Below, one piece after another: positions 26,868 through 34,969 of a DNA stretch of 37,057 nt; the stretch's first letter is position 1, and each line of letters opens with the position of its first letter. The stretch is from a virus (taxonomy: Duplodnaviria; Heunggongvirae; Uroviricota; Caudoviricetes). The notes beneath the pieces were generated by a model. The model saw only the letters and a program-made list of their open reading frames with translations, was not told the origin of the DNA and did no database searches. The stretch is taken from the IMG/VR virus record IMGVR_UViG_2648501920_000014, positions 1 through 37,057 of that record. The stretch is one strand, 5' to 3'. Both the position numbers and the translations under genes were made by a program.

Positions 26868-27141
26868 CAATATTTACCTTTATCGCGAACACCTTTACCG
26901 ACTTATCGCCGAAGTGAGGATGTGTGATTGTCTTGATTTCATATCCGTCATACGGGACGTCAATTCTGCGGCTGGAATCGTCGCGCTTCGGATATCCCTT
27001 TGTGATAATCAGGCGGTCATACTCGCGGAACATAATTCGCTTATTCCAGTAGTCATTACACAGGCGATACTCTTCCGTTTTCTCTCCGCGAATCATGGCA
27101 TCGAAGAATTCACCTTTAACGGCAAGTTGCAGGTTAGCCAC
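26860..27141 (-). CDS. ASCH/DUF3850-like small protein (93 aa)
   Basis: GTG start at 27141 overlapping upstream stop; motif LAVKGEFFDAMIRGEKTEEYRL resembles the ASCH-like pattern from memory. Confidence 0.45.
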   Translation of the reverse strand: MANLQLAVKGEFFDAMIRGEKTEEYRLCNDYWNKRIMFREYDRLIITKGYPKRDDSSRRIDVPYDGYEIKTITHPHFGDKSVKVFAIKVNIDG

Positions 27142-27715
27142 GGTTAACCTCCTGCGGCGGTTCCGGTAGCGGCATCCAGTGAGTTACGTCATCCAAGATA
27201 TTTCCTGATAAATACGTGAAAGCTCTATATTTTTTGTAATCAATTGGATTTACAACCCAGTTCCAATATGCGGCCACGATTTCACCTTGACTAAATGCCA
27301 GTAACATTTTGGTGTCTTCCGGCATTCGATCACTACAGCTTATCCAACCACCCGGAGTTACCGGAGAGTTGCCCGATGGATCGTTCAACTTGCAAGTTTG
27401 GCTTACAGGTTCGGCTTCCAGTTCTGCTATGCGCTTTTTTGCTGCTTCCAGCTCGCCAAGCAGCGCCAAGACGGTAGCCGGATTGGCTGCGGCGATGAAT
27501 TCAGCATTGGCCTGCTGTTCCATTTGGAAATCTTCATCGAAACCGCTTTCTGGATGCGCTCCTTCAATTTTGCAAATGGGAATATATCCAGCAACTTCAC
27601 GATGAATTAGCGCATCATCACCATCAAATCGGCTCTCTCCATATTCGAGCGACCACTCGCCACACGTTGCTTTTTCTGCCTTAGCACGCAGTGCCTGATT
27701 GTCAATCTTGCTCAT
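27134..27715 (-). CDS. Ead/Ea22-like protein with C-terminal DUF551-like domain
   Basis: ATG at 27715; N-terminal coiled-coil AELEA region; C-terminal WISCSDRMPED...THWMPLPEPP motif. Confidence 0.5.
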   Translation of the reverse strand: MSKIDNQALRAKAEKATCGEWSLEYGESRFDGDDALIHREVAGYIPICKIEGAHPESGFDEDFQMEQQANAEFIAAANPATVLALLGELEAAKKRIAELEAEPVSQTCKLNDPSGNSPVTPGGWISCSDRMPEDTKMLLAFSQGEIVAAYWNWVVNPIDYKKYRAFTYLSGNILDDVTHWMPLPEPPQEVNRG

Positions 27716-28269
27716 TGGATGACTCCTTTACGAAGCTGTTCGGCGATATCTTCGAGAACGCCATCAGAGAATGAGCGATCAAAATCGCCTTCCGGCGCAT
27801 TAGCCATAAACTCAGTAGAGGTAAGAATCATCCGGGCAATATCAGCGGCGTTCTTCGCAGTATCATCAATAAAACCAGCTTCCCAGGCAGCCAGCATTCT
27901 GTTCGCCACAAAGTAAGCGCCTTCCTTGCGTGCTTCAGTCTTCCCTTCAGCCAGGAAAGCATCGGTGACTGGCATATTTCCTGTTGCCTTCATGGCCTCC
28001 AAAATAACCAGAACGCCATCTCTCCCTACCTCCTCGCAGATAACCTCGGTGTTGTCGCCAACAACATCGCAGAATGCCTGAACTGCTTTACGAGCAAGTG
28101 CATTCTCCGCCGCCAGCGCATTAGCACGCGCCAGTTGCACTTCCAGTTGCGTTGCCAAATCGCTGAGCAGCTTTGCCACACTACGCATATCAACGGCACC
28201 ACATTCTGCTTTCAGTTCCGAAGCCATCTCATGCCCGGCGGCAACTAACTCTTTGATATTACTTTCCAT
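27712..28269 (-). CDS. Hypothetical protein (185 aa)
   Basis: ATG at 28269; ATGA overlap with the downstream gene; nin-like region. Confidence 0.5.
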   Translation of the reverse strand: MESNIKELVAAGHEMASELKAECGAVDMRSVAKLLSDLATQLEVQLARANALAAENALARKAVQAFCDVVGDNTEVICEEVGRDGVLVILEAMKATGNMPVTDAFLAEGKTEARKEGAYFVANRMLAAWEAGFIDDTAKNAADIARMILTSTEFMANAPEGDFDRSFSDGVLEDIAEQLRKGVIQ

Positions 28270-28330
28270 CTTTACCCTCGCTTATCCACATAACTTATTG
28301 ATTACATTGATAACTAAAAAGATCGTCGAT

Positions 28331-28675
28331 TCAGAACTCTTCGATGTTCCAGCCACCACCTGCTTTCTTTGGTTTAACCGTTACCCCGATGATTCGGAAC
28401 GGATACTGATCTGCGGCGACTTTGGTTTTCACCCTGGCGTCGTCGGTCCAGAAACCTTTCACTTCGTGCAGTTCCATCTCTCCGGTGGCGAGCATCACAG
28501 CGAAATCGGGCGTATAAAACGTGTTGTCAGCCAGCCGCAGCTTGATACCCTCAAATCGATACCAGACGATTTCTCCTGCACGTTTACGCAGCTCAAGGTG
28601 CTGGCAATACGCAGATTCTGTTTTGTTCATCTGGCCTGTTTTGAGTCGACCAAGAGCCTGCATCTGTTTTCTCAT
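28331..28675 (-). CDS. DUF1064-like protein (114 aa), possible PD-(D/E)xK nuclease fold
   Basis: ATG at 28675; motifs NKTESAY, YTPDFAV, ELHEVKGFWTDDARVKTKVAA recalled from DUF1064 proteins of lambdoid nin regions. Confidence 0.45.
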   Translation of the reverse strand: MRKQMQALGRLKTGQMNKTESAYCQHLELRKRAGEIVWYRFEGIKLRLADNTFYTPDFAVMLATGEMELHEVKGFWTDDARVKTKVAADQYPFRIIGVTVKPKKAGGGWNIEEF

Positions 28676-28678
28676 GAT

Positions 28679-28693
28679 TTACCCCTTAGGTAA
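28679..28693. promoter_or_regulatory. Operator-like inverted repeat TTACC-CCTTA-GGTAA
   Basis: Ends 3 nt from start codon 28675; the repeat spacer contains that gene's SD. Confidence 0.4.
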
Positions 28694-28740
28694 TTAAAAA
28701 CCACATAAGACACGAAATCAATAGATTTTAGAATATTTTA

Positions 28741-28755
28741 TTACCTCTAAGGTAA
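28741..28755. promoter_or_regulatory. Operator-like inverted repeat TTACC-TCTAA-GGTAA
   Basis: Second copy in the same intergenic region, centres 62 bp apart. Confidence 0.4.
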
Positions 28756-28792
28756 TTATCGAGACGTAAAAAAATGCGCTATCGCGCTGGTA

Positions 28793-29578
28793 TTACTTGA
28801 TAAATCCTGACGCCTTTCCCCGCCTGTATTCCTCCATCAGCCACTGCGCCGGTGTTATTCCCCCAAGGGTGGCGGCGTTAGGCATGCACCCGAAACTTCG
28901 CCCTGGTGGATGGTAAACGTCTCTCCCTGTGTCCGGAGGCGTACTCATGGGTTCTGGCTTTGCCTGTATGCTGATCACCGGATCGGGTATCTGCTGTCCG
29001 GAAGCCACCTTTTTCGCCCAATCATCGAGCAGCCTGCGCGCGTGTTTCTCAACCTCAATCTCGCTAAGCTGGCGCTGATACATTGCACGGCGGGTATCAC
29101 ATACGACCCAGTACATAACCGGATGTCGCCACGGGAATCTTTCGGGACCACCAGGATATAAACTTTTTTCCTTGCTGTACCGGTGAAACTCCGCCATCAC
29201 ATCGTCAATGGTGACGCCAAGAACCATCTTGCTGTCTTTACACCACTTGATGAATTGCCCTGGCGACGGCCAGAACGGAGACTCACTGGCGCGGGCGTGG
29301 CGCATACCAGCAGAAACCTGTTCACGGGTTCGGATCCCCCCTTCGGCAAACGCAGCAATCCACTGCTGTTTTGCAGCAACTTCCTGCTCTGGCGTCTTCA
29401 GGTTGGTTACCACTGCCGCCGGAAACAGTTGTTTCAGCTGTTTGAAAAGGGCATCAACAAGCCTCTCTGCTGACATGTTCACCACGTTGTCATTGTTGGT
29501 GTACTGATGCTCATAACCTGACATGCGAGAAAGGGCTTCTCCGTCACGGTTTTGTATCGCGGTAAAAACGTTGTTCAC
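28793..29578 (-). CDS. Replication protein P-like (DnaB helicase loader)
   Basis: Aligns by eye to lambda P (LFPA, EQVSAGMRHAR, PFWPSPGQFIKWCKD vs PFLPSPGQFVAWCRE); GTG at 29578 has GGAGGA SD and GTGA overlap with O-like stop (track start is ATG 29593). Confidence 0.7.
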   Translation of the reverse strand: MNNVFTAIQNRDGEALSRMSGYEHQYTNNDNVVNMSAERLVDALFKQLKQLFPAAVVTNLKTPEQEVAAKQQWIAAFAEGGIRTREQVSAGMRHARASESPFWPSPGQFIKWCKDSKMVLGVTIDDVMAEFHRYSKEKSLYPGGPERFPWRHPVMYWVVCDTRRAMYQRQLSEIEVEKHARRLLDDWAKKVASGQQIPDPVISIQAKPEPMSTPPDTGRDVYHPPGRSFGCMPNAATLGGITPAQWLMEEYRRGKASGFIK

Positions 29579-30390
29579 AAGAAATCCTCCCATGCTTCAG
29601 GGCTGTTCCAGTGCGGAACGTTGTTATCAGGTAATGTTGATTGCTTCTGTCTGCTAATCTGCAGCCGCCTTGCCAGCTTCTGCTCCCACTGTGCCTGATG
29701 GTATGCCTTACCCTCAGCCATCCAGTAAATTCTGAACTCTGCAAGTTCCTGTGCCGTTGGCAGACTGTCCAGGTAGATCCCCTGCAATGAGCTTTTCCGA
29801 AGAAAGTCATCTGATGGCTGCCATTGTTCATGCATGACAAATTTGCCTAATTGCCCTGGCCCACCAGGAGGAACAAAGTTATTCATCACGGCGTTGTTTG
29901 CGCCGGGGTCATGATGCACAGAATCCCCGTTTTTTGTCCTGCTCTCCCTCTCTTGGTTAAATGACTGGTTATATGACTGGTTCTGGATCCCGTTTTTGGG
30001 ATCATTCAACATCCCGTTTTTGGGATCATTCAACATCCCGTTTTTGGGTATATTCCCGTTTTCGGTAACATTACCGTTTTCGGGTTCATTACCCCCTTCC
30101 CGGTTGCCTTTAATGTTCCCGTTTTTGGTTATATTAAGAGAGAAAACCCGCACTCTTTTCGTCGCTCCCTTTCTCTCTCCGGTATCTGAAATAAGCCCCA
30201 TTTTCATGAGTGATATAAGCCCGGCCTGCACGGTTTTTTTATTCAGGCAAGTGTCTTTAACGAGGCGTTCTATGCTGGGGTAGCAGAGGTTATATTCATC
30301 GGCTCTGTCAGCCATCGAGAGCAGTATGAGCTTTAATGACGAGCTACCTGGATCTGTCTCCCAGGCCCAATCTGTTGCATGTCTGCTCAT
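29575..30390 (-). CDS. Replication initiator (O-like), N-terminal HTH domain, iterons inside the gene
   Basis: ATG at 30390; repeated PKNGMLND peptide is encoded by the DNA iterons; immediately upstream of the P-like gene. Confidence 0.65.
   Translation of the reverse strand: MSRHATDWAWETDPGSSSLKLILLSMADRADEYNLCYPSIERLVKDTCLNKKTVQAGLISLMKMGLISDTGERKGATKRVRVFSLNITKNGNIKGNREGGNEPENGNVTENGNIPKNGMLNDPKNGMLNDPKNGIQNQSYNQSFNQERESRTKNGDSVHHDPGANNAVMNNFVPPGGPGQLGKFVMHEQWQPSDDFLRKSSLQGIYLDSLPTAQELAEFRIYWMAEGKAYHQAQWEQKLARRLQISRQKQSTLPDNNVPHWNSPEAWEDFL
29987..30135. repeat. Origin-like iterons: ATCCCGTTTTTGGGATCATTCAAC x2 perfect plus 4 degenerate CCGTTTT(T/C)GG cores
   Basis: Perfect 24-bp tandem copies at 29987-30010 and 30011-30034; degenerate cores follow; AT-rich stretch at 30129-30148; ATGACTGGTT direct repeats at 29961-29982. 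Confidence 0.6.
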
Positions 30391-30405
30391 GATTAATCTC
30401 CGCTA

Positions 30406-30606
30406 TCAGCTTGAATGTTGTGGGGAGGAATTAATCATGATCTGCTTAATCTCTGCCCTGATGCGACGGTTTGATTCCATGGTGCACTCAACACAGTGTC
30501 CGTTGTAAACCCAGCGTTCACTGTCATGTCCGTGCTTACATGTTTTTCCGGTGTAGTAGCGTTTAAGTCCGCGCTTTGCGGCATCAATACGTGTAATGAT
30601 TTCCAT
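30406..30606 (-). CDS. Small zinc-binding protein (66 aa; C/H cluster) in the cII position
   Basis: ATG at 30606 with AGGG SD (track ORF extends to TTG 30669); CKHGH...HCVEC cluster; between cro-like and O-like genes. Confidence 0.45.
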   Translation of the reverse strand: MEIITRIDAAKRGLKRYYTGKTCKHGHDSERWVYNGHCVECTMESNRRIRAEIKQIMINSSPQHSS

Positions 30607-30686
30607 GGTAAGCCCTGTTATTAGTATTGGGATTACGGTCATTTTGTGCTGACACAAAAAAAAGATCAACCAGATTTGGTTTTTTA

Positions 30687-30701
30687 TTACCTTTGAGGTA
30701 C
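30687..30701. promoter_or_regulatory. Operator-like inverted repeat TTACC-TTTGA-GGTAC
   Basis: One mismatch in the right half-site; between the cro terminator and the zinc-binding protein gene. Confidence 0.35.
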
Positions 30702-30710
30702 GAATAGATA

Positions 30711-30734
30711 TGAAAAGACCGCCGGGTGGCGGTC
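30711..30734 (-). terminator. Hairpin GACCGCC-GGGT-GGCGGTC with TTTT on the minus strand (tR1-like)
   Basis: 7-bp perfect stem just downstream of the cro-like stop (30757), followed on the minus strand by TTTTCA. Confidence 0.5.
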
Positions 30735-30756
30735 TACAGAGGGTTGTGGCTGGATA

Positions 30757-30987
30757 TCATGAGTAGAAGAAGTATGCCAGTTCTGCTTTTGAGCGCAGCC
30801 ATTGTCTTGTTTTACAGGCTTTAAAAAGCCCATTCATCAATACTTTACCTGGCATTTTGCGCTTACCTGTTAAGTGAGTCTGGATATAGTGACTCGTCGT
30901 TCCGGCTTCCTGTGCGAAGGCTTCACGCTCATCCGGAGTAAGTGCAAGCCAGTGCTTTTTGAAATCGAAATGTCCGTTATCGCTCAT
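30757..30987 (-). CDS. Cro-like / CII-like HTH regulator (76 aa)
   Basis: ATG at 30987; HTH-like LTPDEREAFAQEAGTTSHYIQTHLTGKR; divergent from the repressor across the operator cluster. Confidence 0.5.
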   Translation of the reverse strand: MSDNGHFDFKKHWLALTPDEREAFAQEAGTTSHYIQTHLTGKRKMPGKVLMNGLFKACKTRQWLRSKAELAYFFYS

Positions 30988-31023
30988 AGCTATTGCCTGA
31001 TATTTATTTCAGATAATAAATAT

Positions 31024-31086
31024 TCACCCATAAGGTAACAAAAATCAAGGATAGTTACCTATGAGGTGCATTTACCTGTTGGGTAA
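31024..31086. promoter_or_regulatory. Operator cluster (OR-like): three inverted repeats between the cro-like and repressor genes
   Basis: TCACC-CATAA-GGTAA (31024-31038), TTACC-TATGA-GGTGC (31055-31069), TTACC-TGTTG-GGTAA (31072-31086); last two abut. Confidence 0.5.
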
Positions 31087-31141
31087 TATTGCTTTAAATT
31101 GAATCATCTACTGATTCATATATGAGGCGATTTTCCAGAAA

Positions 31142-31726
31142 ATGAAAAGTATCCAGGACGTCCGCAGGCAAAATCTCAACGACTTGATCGACCGTGAATT
31201 CAATGGTGTTCAGACGCGGATGGCAGAAAAACTTGGAACTCAGGCAAATCTGGTAAACCGCTGGGCTCTTGGCAAGAAGGTTATCGGCGACCAGGTTGCG
31301 CGAAAAATTGAAGCTGCCGCCAATAAACCACGTAACTGGCTTGATATCGATCGCTCGCTTTCTCAGGAAGGTTTTCAGCCTGTCGGCCCAAGCGACATTG
31401 GTCAGCTGGCGGCTCACAACCTGGAACGCTGGATGAGCGAAAGCCGCGACCTTTCAACACAGGGAAAACTTCACCGCGCATCCGGCGTCGCCCAGGTGAC
31501 AATCAGCCGCCTGTTAAACAATGAGGTCAGCGTTTCCATTTCCACCCTGGAGAATGTTGCATCCGCATTCGGGCGTCACGGCTATGAATTACTGATTCAC
31601 CCGCACGACCCTGCGACCATCAACTATGACCGCTCGCGCTACGCATTGTTACCCGAAACCGAGAAAGCAAAGATCGAAAGTTACATTGAATTTGTCATCA
31701 ACCAGAACGAAAAAAACAAACAATAA
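31142..31726 (+). CDS. Phage repressor with two HTH domains and no S24 autocleavage domain
   Basis: ATG at 31142; two HTH-like segments (LGTQANLVNRWALGKKVIGDQVARKIEAAANKPRNWLD and ASGVAQVTISRLLNNEVSVSISTLENVASAFG); no Ala-Gly cleavage site or Ser/Lys dyad seen; stop TAA 31724-31726. Confidence 0.65.
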   Translation: MKSIQDVRRQNLNDLIDREFNGVQTRMAEKLGTQANLVNRWALGKKVIGDQVARKIEAAANKPRNWLDIDRSLSQEGFQPVGPSDIGQLAAHNLERWMSESRDLSTQGKLHRASGVAQVTISRLLNNEVSVSISTLENVASAFGRHGYELLIHPHDPATINYDRSRYALLPETEKAKIESYIEFVINQNEKNKQ

Positions 31727-31746
31727 AATCATATTTTTCAGTAAGT

Positions 31747-31771
31747 AAGCCGCCTTATGGCGGCTTTTTTA
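31747..31771 (+). terminator. Rho-independent terminator after the repressor gene
   Basis: AAGCCGCC-TTAT-GGCGGCTT followed by TTTT. Confidence 0.65.
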
Positions 31772-31783
31772 TTGCCCATGAAA

Positions 31784-31860
31784 TTACCTTACGGGTAATT
31801 TTTTTAACTCATATCTATTGACATCAAACCAAATACGAATAATCATTACCTCAACGGTAA
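31784..31860. promoter_or_regulatory. OL-like region: two operator repeats flanking a TTGACA promoter
   Basis: TTACC-TTACG-GGTAA (31784-31798), -35 TTGACA (31818-31823), TTACC-TCAAC-GGTAA (31846-31860) over the likely -10/+1; followed by GAGG SD and ATG 31880. Confidence 0.5.
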
Positions 31861-31879
31861 CAAGCCGAGGTAACAAGTT

Positions 31880-32032
31880 ATGCAGTGGAAAATCATCAAC
31901 GGTTGGTACTGCGTTACTGCATGCGGATTCATGAGCTGGAAGTTCCGCACCTTACAGGAAGGCATTAAGTGGGCTTTCGTCAGCAAAGAAGCTCGCGATG
32001 TGGCCAACGATAACGAGATATGGGAGGGCTGA
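31880..32032 (+). CDS. Small protein (50 aa), first gene of the early recombination operon
   Basis: ATG at 31880 with GAGG SD; hand-translated MQWKIINGWYCVTACGFMSWKFRTLQEGIKWAFVSKEARDVANDNEIWEG; stop TGA 32030-32032. Confidence 0.35.
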   Translation: MQWKIINGWYCVTACGFMSWKFRTLQEGIKWAFVSKEARDVANDNEIWEG

Positions 32033-32034
32033 TA

Positions 32035-32334
32035 ATGAACGTTAATCAGCAGAAAAATCTTCAAAAAATCATGCTGGCATTCGACAAGGACTACCGCCTG
32101 TCAGAACAGCTATATGACCGACAAGTTGAACTGATCGAGAGCATCCGGCTTCATCAACTAGCCTCAACTTTCGACGCTGTAACAGGTAAAGGCGTTCGCC
32201 AGGAAGTACTGGAGGCCGCTAAAGACAGTCCAGAGTTCGAAGAACTGATGGATTCCTACCGGCGCGAGGCAATGGCAATTATCGCCCGCTGGGATCTGGC
32301 TGATCAGCTTGATGGACAGAGGGACGCGGCATGA
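32035..32334 (+). CDS. Hypothetical protein (99 aa)
   Basis: ATG at 32035 with GGGAGGG SD (track ORF starts at ATG 32020); ATGA overlap with the next gene. Confidence 0.5.
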   Translation: MNVNQQKNLQKIMLAFDKDYRLSEQLYDRQVELIESIRLHQLASTFDAVTGKGVRQEVLEAAKDSPEFEELMDSYRREAMAIIARWDLADQLDGQRDAA

Positions 32335-33230
32335 TGCGGAACGCTGGAATCATGGATAGAACAAAATACATCGGAGGAAGCGATGTTGCAGGGATTCTTG
32401 GAATTAGCCCATGGCGCACCCCGCTTGAGGTTTATCTGGATAAGGTACAGCCACGTGTCAAACCAGTAGACCCAAGCAAGCAGAAAGTTTTCACGCGTGG
32501 CCAGCGTATGGAGCCATACGTAATAGACCTGCTTTCTGAGGAAACAGGGATGGAAATCGTTCATCGCGGAAACCGCTATATCCACCGTGATTACGATTTT
32601 ATTGCAGCTGAGATCGATGCAGAAGCAGCGTCAGGCGAGAACATTGAGATCAAAACAGTTAGTCCGTTCAAAGCCAAAGAATGGGGAGAAATCCAGACAG
32701 ATGCAATTCCTGTGCATTACACGGCCCAGGCCATGCACGGGTTGATGGTTACAAACAAACAGGTATGCGTTTTCGGTGTGCTTATCGGTGGCGACGACTT
32801 CCGAATCTATCGGGTTGAGCGTGATGAAGAAACTATCCAGGCAATCTTAGAAAAAGAAATCGCTTTCTGGGACCGAGTGAAAAATCTTAACCCGCCGGAA
32901 GCTACCAGCGTAAGCGATATATCGCTGATGTTTGAGAAAGATGCCGGGACAAGTATCGAGGCTGACGGAAAGGCACTCGCACTATTCAACGATCTACGAG
33001 ACATGAAGTCACGCAGAAAATCACTGGAAGAAGAAATAGCTATATCAGAAGAGAAGCTGAAGATGTACATGCAAGAGCACTCAGTCCTGACCCTGGACGG
33101 AAAGCCGCTCTGCACATGGAAATCTCAGATCAGCAACAGATTCGACCAGAAGCTATTCCAGTCAGTACACCCTGAGTTATTCGAAAAATTCAAAACAACA
33201 ACGACACAACGCGTCTTCAGAATGAAGTAA
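32331..33230 (+). CDS. YqaJ-like recombination exonuclease
   Basis: ATG at 32331 with GAGGGA SD; N-terminal motif IGGSDVAGILGISPWRTPLEVY typical of YqaJ-type exonucleases; followed by RecT. Confidence 0.75.
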   Translation: MMRNAGIMDRTKYIGGSDVAGILGISPWRTPLEVYLDKVQPRVKPVDPSKQKVFTRGQRMEPYVIDLLSEETGMEIVHRGNRYIHRDYDFIAAEIDAEAASGENIEIKTVSPFKAKEWGEIQTDAIPVHYTAQAMHGLMVTNKQVCVFGVLIGGDDFRIYRVERDEETIQAILEKEIAFWDRVKNLNPPEATSVSDISLMFEKDAGTSIEADGKALALFNDLRDMKSRRKSLEEEIAISEEKLKMYMQEHSVLTLDGKPLCTWKSQISNRFDQKLFQSVHPELFEKFKTTTTQRVFRMK

Positions 33231-33239
33231 GGAGAAAAA

Positions 33240-34262
33240 ATGTCTATCAATGCACTTAAGGCAGCGGCTACCGGTAACCAAGTTGCACATCATAATGAGA
33301 AACCAACAACTCTGGCCGGACTTCTGGCAGACCCAAAAATTAAAGCTCAGATGGCTTTGGCACTTCCAAAGCACATGACAGCAGACCGTCTGGCGCGCAT
33401 AGCAACCACAGAGATCCGAAAGGTTCCAAAACTTGCATCATGCGACCAAGCCAGCTTCCTGGGGGCAATTATGCAATGTGCCCAATTGGGTCTTGAACCA
33501 GGCGGAGCTCTTGGACACGCTTACCTGATACCGTTCGACAAACGCCAGAAAGTAAATGGAAGATGGGAAACCGTATCTACAGAAGCACAGCTGATTATCG
33601 GCTATCGCGGAATGATTGACCTTGCCCGCCGCTCTGGGCAGATCCTGAGTATCTCGGCTCGTACCGTACATACAAACGACAAATTCAGCTACTCATACGG
33701 CCTGGAAGAAACGCTCGAGCATTTACCTTGCGAAACAGGTGACCGCGGAGAATTAACGCACGTTTACGCCGTTGCACGACTGAAAGATGGCGGAGTCCAA
33801 TTTGAAGTTATGAGCCGGGCAGACATTGAGAAAGTTCGTGCACTGAGCAAAGCCGGTAGCAGTGGCCCATGGGTTGATCACTTCGATGAGATGGCTAAAA
33901 AAACAGTAATTCGCCGACTATTCAAATATCTTCCTGTTTCTATTGAAATGCAGAAGGCTGTTGTTATGGATGAGCGCGCTGAAGCTGGACTTAGCCAAGA
34001 TAACGCAGCTGTTATCACTGGTGAATATTCCGTAGTTGACGATGAGCGTCAACACCTGTCGCCAATTTCAGATTCAGAACGAGAAGAAGCTCGAGAATAT
34101 ATCATCGCGATACTTAATAGCCTGGATCCATCTGCTGAAGATGCAAAAACGATGTTCAAGCGCGCTGAAAATGAGATTAACACCATGGCTGAAAAGCTCG
34201 GTGATGAATATCACCAAAAATTCATGATGACGCTTAACGATATGCGTCCAGAATTCGAGTAA
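33240..34262 (+). CDS. RecT-family single-strand annealing protein
   Basis: ATG at 33240 with GGAG SD; RecT-like core (YLIPFDKRQ, IIGYRGMIDLARRSG, SSGPWVDHFDEMAKKTVIRRLFKYLP). Confidence 0.8.
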   Translation: MSINALKAAATGNQVAHHNEKPTTLAGLLADPKIKAQMALALPKHMTADRLARIATTEIRKVPKLASCDQASFLGAIMQCAQLGLEPGGALGHAYLIPFDKRQKVNGRWETVSTEAQLIIGYRGMIDLARRSGQILSISARTVHTNDKFSYSYGLEETLEHLPCETGDRGELTHVYAVARLKDGGVQFEVMSRADIEKVRALSKAGSSGPWVDHFDEMAKKTVIRRLFKYLPVSIEMQKAVVMDERAEAGLSQDNAAVITGEYSVVDDERQHLSPISDSEREEAREYIIAILNSLDPSAEDAKTMFKRAENEINTMAEKLGDEYHQKFMMTLNDMRPEFE

Positions 34263-34311
34263 CCACCACCGCGGCGCCACACGCGCCGCACTGCAACCAA
34301 GAGAGGTATTT

Positions 34312-34560
34312 ATGAAAGGTGCATTAGGTAAGAAGGAACTCCTGGCGGTGGTGCCACTGTCATGGAGCACTATCGATCGTATGGAGCGCGCAGGGGAATT
34401 TCCTAAACGCTGGTATATCACCGATAAACGCTGCGCATGGAACCGTGATGAAGTTGAGCGTTGGCTTGATGAACGTCAGGCAGCAAGCCCGGCAGAGTTC
34501 CAGGGTAAAAAACCTCCTGTTCAGCAACGTGTATATCGTCCCGTGAGCAACGCGGCATGA
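34312..34560 (+). CDS. AlpA/Xis-like HTH protein (excisionase or transcriptional regulator)
   Basis: ATG at 34312 with GAGAGG SD; motif LSWSTIDRMERAGEFPKRWYITDKRCAWNRDEVERWL typical of the AlpA family. Confidence 0.7.
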   Translation: MKGALGKKELLAVVPLSWSTIDRMERAGEFPKRWYITDKRCAWNRDEVERWLDERQAASPAEFQGKKPPVQQRVYRPVSNAA

Positions 34561-34669
34561 GTGTGCTGCTAAGGCACTGGAGCAAATGGTCAGGATGGTA
34601 CTTATTCCTGGCCTCTGTTTCAGCATGGCTTTATCTGCTGGCATTAATTTTCAGAGAGGGTTGGATTAA

Positions 34670-34969
34670 GTGAGAAAGTTAAGCCGACTTGAAAAATATC
34701 ACATGAACAAGGTTTCAATGCGCAGTCCGTCAAAGATTGTCGCCGTTACTCCTGCGGCGATAGAGATCGAAAAACGCGCGATTGAAAGAGAGAAAAAAGG
34801 GCAGTTCCGCATTGCCGCTCACCTTTGGCTTCAGTGTATGGATGTTGCTTCTGGTGATGTTGAGCGTGCAAGGATCGCGGTTCGCAGGGACCAATGTATC
34901 ACAAAAGGTAACGGCCTTCGCCGTGGCGACTATAGCGGCATAGGATGTTGTGGGGTGGTTTATGACTAA
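34670..34969 (+). CDS. Hypothetical protein (99 aa)
   Basis: GTG start at 34670 with GAGAGGG SD (internal ATG at 34703 also possible); stop TAA 34967-34969. Confidence 0.4.
   Translation: MRKLSRLEKYHMNKVSMRSPSKIVAVTPAAIEIEKRAIEREKKGQFRIAAHLWLQCMDVASGDVERARIAVRRDQCITKGNGLRRGDYSGIGCCGVVYD

Noticed and set aside
29987-30135. Possible CRISPR array suggested by tandem repeats
   Set aside because: Only two perfect 24-bp copies with degenerate neighbours, irregular spacing, no unique spacers, and located inside a replication initiator gene; these are origin iterons.
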